Source: an uncultured Acidobacteriota bacterium (GTDB taxonomy: Bacteria > Acidobacteriota > Thermoanaerobaculia > UBA5066). Taken from it: DNA of 64,000 nucleotides. The stretch covers positions 1,344,001-1,408,000 of the forward strand of contig CAVZYA010000001.1 of the NCBI GenBank assembly GCA_963779415.1, given 5' to 3'. A program made the translations under genes and the position numbers. Below are positions 55,933 to 64,000 of the stretch, piece by piece; the first letter of the stretch is position 1, and each line of letters starts with the position of its first letter. The notes under the pieces were generated by a model. The model was not told the DNA's origin and searched no databases. It worked only from the letters and a program-made list of their open reading frames with translations.

Positions 55933-57219
55933 TCATCCCGCCGGACCGGGCAGGGCAAGCTCGAAGCGGATCCGCCCGGATTCGTTGGAGCCGAGCTTCA
56001 CGTCGCCGCCGTGCGCTCGCGCGATGCTCCGCGCCACGGCCAGCCCGAGGCCGGTCCCCCGGGGCTTCGTCGTGAAGAAAGGCTCGAAGAGATGGGCCCT
56101 CGTCTCCGGAGGAATCGGATCGCCTCCGTTTTCGACGCAGAGAATCGCGCGGCCCGCCTCGCCTCTCGCCCCGAGGGTCACGACGCCTCCTTCGGGGCTC
56201 GCCTCGAGGCCATTGACGACGAGATCGAGGAGAGCCTGGTAGAGCTGGAACGGATCGGCGAAGAGCGCTCCGTCGGCCGGGGCGTCGACCCGGAGGGTCC
56301 GCCCGAGCTCCGACGCGCGCGCCCGCGCCACGTCCGCGACGTACGAGAGGCAGTCCGCGATCGAAAGCTCCTTCTTCTCCGGCTCCCGCACGTGCGCGTA
56401 GGCGAGGAAGTCGGTCGTCAGCTTCTCCAGCCGCGCGGCCTCCGAGAGGACGATCTCCCGCATCTCCCCGGCCACGGGGTCTTCAGGCGGGCGCTCCTTC
56501 ATCAGCCTCGTCGAGCTGGCGATCATGGCCACGGGATTCCGGATCTCGTGGGCGATCGCAGACGACAGCCGACCGAGCGCGGCGAGCTTTTCCTCGCGCA
56601 CGAGGAGGTCCTTGGTCCTCTCCAGGGCGTCGAGGCTCTCCTGGACTCGCGCCCGCTCGCGCCGGATCTGGCCGGCCAGGGCCGCCACGACGATCGCGAT
56701 CACGAAGTAAGTCAGGGCGAGGGTGGCCGCCTCGTAGAACTCCAGCATCCTCGGGGGCGGGTGCTGCCGGTAGTAGAGCCAGAGCTCGACGAAGGTCAGC
56801 GCGACGGCCGCGCCCGCGACGGAGAGGACGCCGGCGAGCCGGAACCGGAAGGCGGCGGCCGCGATCGGAAGGACCATCAGCACCGTGTAGTGGCTGTCCT
56901 CGAACCCCCCCAGAAGCGCCACCCCGAAGGCGAGGAGAAGCTTGACCCAGACCGAGGCCCACCCGAAGAGCCGCACCCGCAGCCCGCTCAGCGGGCCCTT
57001 GAGCCCCTGGAGGGCGAGAAGCTCGAGCGTCTGGAGAAGGAAAAACGCCCCGATCGCCCAGAGCATCCGCCGGGAGGGGACGCCGAGCATCGGGCTGAAG
57101 CCCACGTGGATGACGAGCAGCGCCGCGAGGACCCCGAGGCCGAGGATCGTCAACGTCGACTCCTGGCGGCGGAACGAGAGAACGTCTGCGTCGGAGGAGG
57201 TCTCGAACGTCGGGAGCAT
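55933..57219 (-). CDS. Membrane sensor histidine kinase
   Basis: About 6 TM helices, AHEIRNP, FEPFFTTK, GTGLGL. Confidence 0.93.
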   Translation of the reverse strand: MLPTFETSSDADVLSFRRQESTLTILGLGVLAALLVIHVGFSPMLGVPSRRMLWAIGAFFLLQTLELLALQGLKGPLSGLRVRLFGWASVWVKLLLAFGVALLGGFEDSHYTVLMVLPIAAAAFRFRLAGVLSVAGAAVALTFVELWLYYRQHPPPRMLEFYEAATLALTYFVIAIVVAALAGQIRRERARVQESLDALERTKDLLVREEKLAALGRLSSAIAHEIRNPVAMIASSTRLMKERPPEDPVAGEMREIVLSEAARLEKLTTDFLAYAHVREPEKKELSIADCLSYVADVARARASELGRTLRVDAPADGALFADPFQLYQALLDLVVNGLEASPEGGVVTLGARGEAGRAILCVENGGDPIPPETRAHLFEPFFTTKPRGTGLGLAVARSIARAHGGDVKLGSNESGRIRFELALPGPAG

Positions 57220-57274
57220 TCGTGGATCCTCCCGCGATTCTAGCGACCGAACGCGACGACCTGCCGGGAGCGCC

Positions 57275-59905
57275 TCAGGGAGGAAACGGGGACGGCGGAA
57301 GTGGGATGACCATCGGCAGGTAGCTCCCGTCGCCCGTCCCCTCCCCGGGCACGGCCCCGTCGTTGACGACGCCGTAGACGAAGATGGGCATCACGCCGAA
57401 GGACCCCGAACCAGAAGTGACCCTGACACGGACATAACCGCTGCTCACCCCGAAGCCCGCAAGGATCGAACTAAACTGAACCCAGTCGGGCAGCATTGGG
57501 TCCAGCGAGCAGGTCCGGGTGCCTACGAGTGTCCCGAAATGGCCGTCGAAGACGTCCAGCGAGAGATCCAGAAGTTGGTAGACGCCCGAAGGTATTCCTC
57601 CAGTGGGTGGGTCTATGACGCCAACGGCCAGATTCGAGCGGCTCAGATCATCCTGCCGGAGTCCGAAGATCCAGGCCTCCGGAAGGGGGGACTGCCCCGG
57701 AGTGAGCGCCGGGTATGCGACCCCGAAGCTCCCCCCGGAGGGCGGCGCGGACCACGTGCGAGCTCCCGCATGGAGCTCGGCCGTGTAGATGTTCGAAAAG
57801 ATCTGAAGCGGGCCTGACGCCGGCGCCGTCACGAGATATGAGACGACGTCGGGGATGAACCTCTGCTCGTGGGGCTGGAGAACGACGTCTTTGTCGGAAC
57901 TCGCATCTCGAAATGACACCGTGATTGCTTCCTCGCCCGAATTCGTCAGAACGAGATCCGTCACGAACCCGGCCGTGTGCGCCGCGACCGGCACCATCAG
58001 TCCCGAGACGGCCGGACCGGAGGAGGTGGGAGCGACGAACGACCCATCGTTCGTCACGTTGTCGTTGACGACGGCGTAAGCGTAGAAGGGGTCGACGCCG
58101 CCGATTCGTTCGATAGTCGCCCAGCCGTTCGACATCCCGGCCTGTGAGAGGACGTGGTTGAGCTGGAGCCACTGGCCGGGCCCGAGGCTCACGGGCGCGA
58201 GTTCGGCCGTCCGGGAATCGCCCGGGTCGCCGCTCGTCAAGGTCACCTTCAGCGTGATGGTCGACGTCCCCGCCGGATCGCCGGCGCTGAGAAGGGCGAG
58301 GTTGGTCCGGAAGGCGGCGTTCTCGCGAAGGCCGAAGAGGCGGACGGAAGACTCCGGCATCTCGTTTGGTCCGACGGCCGGATACGCGAGTCCCGCCTGT
58401 CCGGGTCCCGAAGGGGCGGTCGTCCTCGCCGCGGCGTAGACGACGTCTGAGTTCGAGGCGCCGGTGGCCCGGATCCGGAGCGTTCCCCCCTGCTGTCCCG
58501 ATGTCGGGATCGGAATCCCTTTCTGGCGAAGGTACGCGATGGCGTCCGGAATCGTCTTCTGCAGCCCCGCACCGAGCGCGTCCGACACGGTCCCGCCGCC
58601 AGACGCCCCGATCGACTCCGCCGGCGTGTAGGTCAGGTCGAGCGATACCGGGGTGGTGCCACGGTTAGCGAGTGTCAAGTCGGTCGTGTATCGGGCTCCG
58701 CCGCTGCCGGCCACGTCGACGACGGCGGGAACGGTCAGAACGCTGCTCGGCCCGGCGGCGTCGGCAACCTGGTAGAGAACGCCGCCACCGTAGTCGAGAA
58801 GATAGAGTTCCCCTGCTTCGTCCTCTCCGAAGCTCGAGATCGCGAAGCCCGCGTCGAGAAGCACGCGGCTCTCCCAGCCCGCCGCGGTCCGTCGAAGGCC
58901 CCGGATCCGGCCGGTGCAATAGTCACCGTAGAAGTAGATTCCCTCGAGTCCTGCGTACGAGAGGCCGCGGTAGACGAAGCCGCCCGTCACTGCGCAGTCG
59001 CCACCTGAATGCGTGTATTCAGTGACGGGCAGGACGAGACCGGTCGGATCGCAGTTCGGCGGGTCGTAGCAGGCGGTCCCCTCCATGATTCGCCAGCCGT
59101 AGTTCTCGCCTCCCGCGCTCGATGCCGGCTGGAAGTCGACCTCCTCGCGGGAATCCTGTCCGACGTCGGCGATGTAGAGGTCTCCCGTCTTCCGGTCGAA
59201 GGAGAAGCGCCACGGGTTCCGAAGCCCCAGCGCCCAGATTTCGGGCCGATACGCTGCATTCGAGACGAAAGGATTCGACGGCGGGACGCCGTACGTCGGC
59301 CACGCCCAAGGATCGATCCGCAGCATCTTCCCGAGGAGGCTCGCCGGGTTCTGGGCGTAGTTCTCGGGGTCCCCCTCCGAACCTCCATCCCCCATCCCGA
59401 TGTAGAGGAAACCGTCGGGGCCAAAGGCGATCTGGCCTCCGTTGTGGTTGGCGTAGGGCTGAGCAATTCTGAGAATGATCTGTTCGCTTCCAGGGTCGAC
59501 CAGATCGGGGGTCCGCCAGTCAACGTAGAACTGTGAGATCTTCGTGTCGCCGTTCAGGTCGGTGTAATCGACTAAGAAATACCCTGGCGTGCGGAAGCCG
59601 GGGGGGAAGGCGACGGAGAGAAGTCCCCTCTCGCCGCAGCAGCTCACGCGGTCCGTGATGTCGAGGAACGGCGTAGAAACGAGCGTTCCGTTCTTCACGA
59701 TCCGGATCCGGCCCTGCTGCTCCACGACGAAGAGCCGACCGCTCCGGTCGCCCGCGTTCGTCACGTGGACCGGTTTCGAGAAGCCCGAGAGCTTCGGGAC
59801 GAGAGCGATCTGAGGCCACCCCTGCGAGGTCGCGCTTCCGGCGGCCCCGAGCAGTACGCCGATGAGCGCGGCCTGGGAGAGGCGCGACCCGTGGTTCGAC
59901 GTCAT
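57275..59905 (-). CDS. Exported PQQ-dependent sugar dehydrogenase (GSDH) with two repeated C-terminal beta-rich modules
   Basis: ERGLLS, HNGGQIAFGPDG, GLRNPWRFSFD, DVGQ..EE, SSFGED. Confidence 0.9.
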   Translation of the reverse strand: MTSNHGSRLSQAALIGVLLGAAGSATSQGWPQIALVPKLSGFSKPVHVTNAGDRSGRLFVVEQQGRIRIVKNGTLVSTPFLDITDRVSCCGERGLLSVAFPPGFRTPGYFLVDYTDLNGDTKISQFYVDWRTPDLVDPGSEQIILRIAQPYANHNGGQIAFGPDGFLYIGMGDGGSEGDPENYAQNPASLLGKMLRIDPWAWPTYGVPPSNPFVSNAAYRPEIWALGLRNPWRFSFDRKTGDLYIADVGQDSREEVDFQPASSAGGENYGWRIMEGTACYDPPNCDPTGLVLPVTEYTHSGGDCAVTGGFVYRGLSYAGLEGIYFYGDYCTGRIRGLRRTAAGWESRVLLDAGFAISSFGEDEAGELYLLDYGGGVLYQVADAAGPSSVLTVPAVVDVAGSGGARYTTDLTLANRGTTPVSLDLTYTPAESIGASGGGTVSDALGAGLQKTIPDAIAYLRQKGIPIPTSGQQGGTLRIRATGASNSDVVYAAARTTAPSGPGQAGLAYPAVGPNEMPESSVRLFGLRENAAFRTNLALLSAGDPAGTSTITLKVTLTSGDPGDSRTAELAPVSLGPGQWLQLNHVLSQAGMSNGWATIERIGGVDPFYAYAVVNDNVTNDGSFVAPTSSGPAVSGLMVPVAAHTAGFVTDLVLTNSGEEAITVSFRDASSDKDVVLQPHEQRFIPDVVSYLVTAPASGPLQIFSNIYTAELHAGARTWSAPPSGGSFGVAYPALTPGQSPLPEAWIFGLRQDDLSRSNLAVGVIDPPTGGIPSGVYQLLDLSLDVFDGHFGTLVGTRTCSLDPMLPDWVQFSSILAGFGVSSGYVRVRVTSGSGSFGVMPIFVYGVVNDGAVPGEGTGDGSYLPMVIPLPPSPFPP

Positions 59906-59963
59906 CGCGGAGTCCTCCCGGACGGAGTGTCTCGAGCCACGGACTATCTTTCGACGTGGGCCG

Positions 59964-60323
59964 TCAGCGGCCGGAGCCGACGGAGGCCCGGAACGACTTC
60001 AGGGCTTCCTTCTCCTCGTCGTGGACGTGGAAGACGGGGAGGAGCTGGGCGAGGTGGAGGCTCTTCTTGACCCGGTCGTGGAGGTTCAGGAGCTTCAGGT
60101 CCGCGTCGAACTTCTTCGCGACCCGGAGGCTCTGGACCAGCTCGCCGATGCCCGAGCTGTCGATCGACGTCACCTTCGAAAGGTTCAGGAGGATCTTCTT
60201 CCACCCTTCGGCGAGAAGCTCGTTGACGACGCCCCGGAGGATCTCGTCGCCGAGGCCGCAGTGAAGCGGGCCGTTCAGAACGACGATGACGACGTCCCCT
60301 GCCTTCCGGACCGTGACGTGCAT
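59964..60323 (-). CDS. STAS anti-sigma factor antagonist
   Basis: ILLNLSKVTSIDSSGIGEL. Confidence 0.9.
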   Translation of the reverse strand: MHVTVRKAGDVVIVVLNGPLHCGLGDEILRGVVNELLAEGWKKILLNLSKVTSIDSSGIGELVQSLRVAKKFDADLKLLNLHDRVKKSLHLAQLLPVFHVHDEEKEALKSFRASVGSGR

Positions 60324-60416
60324 GGCCCCTCCATCCTAGCGCCGTCGGGCCGCGAGCGCACGCTGCGTCCTTTCCGGCTTTACGGGGCGGGAGCGGGCCC
60401 GCAGAATAGCGGCCCA

Positions 60417-61737
60417 GTGACCGACACGGAAATCTCGTTCCCCGACGCGCTTCGCGCCGCGCGCGCGAATCGCGCCGGCGAGGCGCCCGTCGCCCGCGCG
60501 CTCGCCCGGCTCGCCGACGACGTTCGGGACGCCCCTCTACGTCTACGACCGGAGGGAGATCGAGGAGCGGGCCGACACCCTCAAGCGCGCCTTCTCCGCC
60601 CGCTTCCCGCGCCTCCGGATCCAATACGCCGTGAAGGCGAACACGAACGTCGCCCTCATCAGGCTCCTTTACGCGCGGGGAATCGGGGCGGAGGTCGTCT
60701 CGGAGGGGGAGGTGTTCCTCGCGAGGAGGGCGGGGGTCCCGCCCGGCGAGATCCTCTTCACCTCCTCGTCGAAAGGGCCCGGAGAGATCGCCGGGGCGGT
60801 GGCGGACGGCATTCTCCTCAACATCGACTCCGAGGACGAGCTTTCGCAGGTCTCCGCCGAGGCCGTCCGCCAGAAGACGACCGCCCGGATCTCGTTCCGT
60901 GTGAACCCCGGCGTCGACCCCGTCACGTTTCACAAGGTCAACACCGGCATCTCGGAGTCGAAGTTCGGCGTCCACCTCGAAGGGGGGATCGCGCTTTCGG
61001 CCTACCGCCGCGCCTCCTCGCTTCCGGGCCTCGCCGTCGTCGGCCTGCACGCCCACATCGGGTCGCAGATCGTCGACCCGGCCGGCCACGTGGAGACGCT
61101 CCGCCGGCTTCTCGCCTTCGCCCTCGAGCTGAAGCGGTCGCTCGGGATCGTTCTCGAATTCGTCGACGCCGGAGGCGGGATCGGGATCCCGTACGAGGAC
61201 GGCCAGAGCGTGATGTCCCCCGACGGCCTCGCTTCGGCCCTCGCGCCCGTCTGGGCGGAAGGGACCCGGGCCCTCGGCTACGAGCCCGAGCTCCGGGTCG
61301 AGCCGGGGCGCTGGTTCGTCGGGCCGGCCGGGTATCTCCTCGCCCGCGTCAACACCGTCAAGCGGACCCCCGTCCGGCTCTTCCTCAACGTCGACGCCGG
61401 ATTCAACACGCTCATGCGCCCCTCGATGTACGGCGCCTATCACCGCGTCCGCGTCGTCGGACGGACGGATCACGGCGAGACGGTGGACGTGGCCGGCGAC
61501 GTCTGCGAGACGGGAGACCTCCTCGCCGAGGAGCGGCGGCTCCCCCGCGCAAAAGCCGGCGACCTTCTCGTCTTCCTCGACGCGGGGGCCTACGGATTCT
61601 CGATGACGAGCGAGTACAACGCCCGGCCCCTGCCGGCCGAAGTCCTCGTCGACGGCGACGACGCTTTCCTGATCCGCCGCCGCGGCACGTTCGACGAACT
61701 CCTCCGCAGCCAGATCGTTCCAGAGAGGATTCCATGA
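60417..61737 (+). CDS. lysA: Diaminopimelate decarboxylase; frameshift near 60515-60522
   Basis: FGTPLYVYD, YAVKAN (PLP Lys), HAHIGSQI, EPGR, CETGD, GAYG..M.SEYN; the GTG 60417 leader is in a different frame. Confidence 0.9.
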
Positions 61738-63581
61738 GAAACAGCCGTTTCGCCCTCCTTCTCGCCGCCGCCGTCACCGCTTCCGCGTGCAGCTCGAGCG
61801 GGGGCGGGTTCGAGCCGATCGTCATCGACCTGACGAAGAAGAAGACGGAAGAGCCGCCGCCCGCTCCGGTGCCGGAGAAGGTGAAGGGCCTGACGCTCGA
61901 GGAGAAGGTGGGCCAGCTCTTCGTCGTCTCCGGGCGCGGAATCTTCCTGAACGAGGAGGCCCCGGCCTTCAAGGAGCTGGCCCGTCAGGTGACGCAGAAC
62001 AAGGTGGGAGGCGTCCTCTGGATGCGGTCGAACGTCTACGAGACCGCCCTCCTCAACCAGAGGCTCCAGCGGCTCGCGAAGATCCCGCTCCTCGTCTCGG
62101 CGGACCTCGAGGCCGGAGCCGGGATGCGCTTCGACGACGTGACCATGGGGCCGTGGGCGATGGCCGTCGGCGCCACCGGGGATCCTTCGCTCGAGGAGCG
62201 GCGCTCGCGCCTGACGGCGATGGCCGCCCGGGCCATCGGCATCCACCAGATCTACGCGCCGGTGGCCGACGTGAACGTCAACCCCGACAACCCGGTCATC
62301 AACGTCCGGAGCTACGGCGAGGAGCCGGCCGACGTCTCCCGTTTCGTGATCGCCGCAGTCAAGGGGTTCCAGGAGGGAGGGGTCCTCGCCACGCTGAAGC
62401 ATTTCCCCGGCCACGGGGACACCGCGGTGGACTCCCACCGCACACTTCCGGTCCTCGCCGTGGGACGCCAGCGCCTCGACGCCGTCGAGCTCGTTCCGTT
62501 CGTGGCGGGAATCAAGGCGGGGGCCCGGTCCGTCATGGTGGCGCACATCGCCCTCCCCGCAATCGACCCGACCCCGGCGCCGCCGCTCCGGGAAGGGGCG
62601 AAGGACGTCGAGTACGCCGCCACGCCGAAAGAGGTCTCCGCGGAGCCCACCGTTCCGGCGACGCTTTCGGCGCCGGTCGTGACCGAGCTCCTTCGCAACC
62701 AGCTCGGGTTCACCGGCCTCGTCGTCACGGACGCGATGTGGATGAATGGCGTCGCGGCTTACTACGAGCCGGGCGAGGCGGCCGTCCGCGCGATCCTGGC
62801 CGGCGACGACATGGTCCTGATCAAGAGTGACGCCGACGTGGCCGTGAAGGCCGTCATCGCCGCCGTGAAGTCGGGACGGATCTCCGAGAAGAAGATCAAC
62901 GACGCCGTCGAGCGGATCCTCGCCGAGAAGAAGGCCCTCGAGATTTCCGCCAAGCCCGGCCCCGACATGGCCGCCATTCCGAAGCTCGTCGGCTCCCCCG
63001 GGGAAGAGGCGCTGGAGGAGGAGATCGCCCGCCGCGCTCTCACGCTCGTCCGGGAGGAAGCGGGGGCGCTCCCGATCCGGAAGGAGGCGAAGCTCCTCTC
63101 CCTCGTCGTGGCGGACGAGGCGACGCTCACCGGGCCGGCCGGCCCGCTCACGGCCGAGCTGAAAGGGCGCTTCCCCGCCCTGAAGAGCGTCCGTCTCGAC
63201 CCGCGTTCCACTCCCGACGAGGTGAAGGCCGCCGTCGACGCCGCGCGGGAGTCGGACGCCGTCCTCGTCTCCCTCTTCGTCCGCGCCCGCTCCGGTCAGG
63301 GGCCCATCTCCGTCCCGGAGAGCGCGAAGGCCGCGGTCCCGCAGATCCTCGCGCTCGGAAAGCCCGTCTCCGCGGTCGCGTTCGGGAGTCCCTACCTCCT
63401 CCGCGACTTCCCCGACCTCAAGACGTACGTCTGCGCCTGGGGAGTGCAGGACGTCATCCAGAAGGCGGCGGCGAGAGCGCTCGCCGGCGAGGCGGGCTTC
63501 GAAGGAAAGCTCCCCGTCTCGATCCCCGGCCTCGCGAAGCGGGGCGACGGGATCGCGAAGGCCGCCTCGCCCGCGAGGTGA
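61734..63581 (+). CDS. GH3 glycoside hydrolase lipoprotein (beta-N-acetylglucosaminidase-like)
   Basis: Lipobox ASAC, APVADVN, KHFPGHG.T.VDSH, VTDA. Confidence 0.92.
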   Translation: MRNSRFALLLAAAVTASACSSSGGGFEPIVIDLTKKKTEEPPPAPVPEKVKGLTLEEKVGQLFVVSGRGIFLNEEAPAFKELARQVTQNKVGGVLWMRSNVYETALLNQRLQRLAKIPLLVSADLEAGAGMRFDDVTMGPWAMAVGATGDPSLEERRSRLTAMAARAIGIHQIYAPVADVNVNPDNPVINVRSYGEEPADVSRFVIAAVKGFQEGGVLATLKHFPGHGDTAVDSHRTLPVLAVGRQRLDAVELVPFVAGIKAGARSVMVAHIALPAIDPTPAPPLREGAKDVEYAATPKEVSAEPTVPATLSAPVVTELLRNQLGFTGLVVTDAMWMNGVAAYYEPGEAAVRAILAGDDMVLIKSDADVAVKAVIAAVKSGRISEKKINDAVERILAEKKALEISAKPGPDMAAIPKLVGSPGEEALEEEIARRALTLVREEAGALPIRKEAKLLSLVVADEATLTGPAGPLTAELKGRFPALKSVRLDPRSTPDEVKAAVDAARESDAVLVSLFVRARSGQGPISVPESAKAAVPQILALGKPVSAVAFGSPYLLRDFPDLKTYVCAWGVQDVIQKAAARALAGEAGFEGKLPVSIPGLAKRGDGIAKAASPAR

Positions 63582-63585
63582 CGCG

Positions 63586-64000
63586 ATGAAGAGCCTGACG
63601 GCGCTCCTCCTCGCGGTCTCGACTCTCGCCTTCCCTCTCCGCGCCTCCGAGGCGGCGGACGTCGCCGAGGCGCGCGCCCTCTTCGAGCGGAACCTCGCGG
63701 CGATCCAGAAGCGCGACAAGGCCGCGTACCTCGCCTGCTACCTCGACGCGAAGAACCTCGTCCGTACGTCGCCCGAAGGGCCCGTCCTCGGATTCGAGGA
63801 GTTCGCCAGGCAGGCCGGCGACCGGTGGCCCGACGTTCTCGAACCGCAGGACCTCGAGCTGGTCCCCGTCCGCGACGGCGTCGTCTATGGCACGTACCGC
63901 TACCGCGTCCGCTACGGCGGCGACGAGCGCTTCGGGATCTCCGAGCGGCTCTTCGTGAAGACTCCGGCCGGCTGGAGGATCGCCGTCACCTCGGCGTTCG
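63586..64000 (+). CDS. Exported protein with N-terminal NTF2-like domain (runs off the window)
   Basis: MKSLTALLLAV.. signal; LFERNLAAI..D..AY, ERLFVKT..GWRI. Confidence 0.65.
   Translation, partial: MKSLTALLLAVSTLAFPLRASEAADVAEARALFERNLAAIQKRDKAAYLACYLDAKNLVRTSPEGPVLGFEEFARQAGDRWPDVLEPQDLELVPVRDGVVYGTYRYRVRYGGDERFGISERLFVKTPAGWRIAVTSAF

Noticed and set aside
54385-57243. Very long antisense and alternate-frame ORFs (e.g. 952 aa here, 803 aa at 41383, 758 aa at 45213)
   Set aside because: They are shadows of real genes caused by stop-codon scarcity in high-GC DNA and have no recognisable motifs.
60417-60540. Programmed frameshift in lysA
   Set aside because: No slippery heptamer is visible, and other indels in the window point to sequencing error.

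Overview
High-GC bacterial chromosome segment. The gene content (Ser/Thr kinase-TolB_N-TPR, DUF4097/ECF modules, DUF3300/DUF2950, GSDH with repeated C-terminal modules) suggests Acidobacteriota, possibly Thermoanaerobaculia; this is inference. The backbone carries moeA-fabF-methyltransferase-FAD oxidoreductase, an ECF/anti-sigma/DUF4097 cluster, CoA transferases, an acyl-CoA ligase, a flavin halogenase-like gene, a Liv-type ABC transporter with mmsA, a sigma-54 two-component system with an exported rubrerythrin, lysA and a GH3. Three accessory blocks interrupt it. (1) 15.5-23.05 kb is an integron cassette array with an attI-like site and at least 7 attC sites but no intI in the window; most attC cores are non-canonical. 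(2) About 29.7-37.75 kb is a patchwork of unrelated genes and gene fragments whose junctions repeatedly carry the motif (G/A)GACCTGACCCC or its variants. (3) 44.0-47.5 kb holds a Y1/HUH (RAYT-like) transposase whose terminal inverted repeats contain this same motif, next to a kinase gene bracketed by a third end. Two motif copies are followed by exact 16-bp duplications starting at TGACCC. The best candidate for an undescribed system is a Y1-transposase-driven, TGACCCC-delimited gene-capture array. Several single-base frameshifts (lysA, aspartyl protease, DUF3300) look like long-read assembly errors. No rRNA, tRNA or CRISPR was seen. All family calls come from motif recognition, not database searches.
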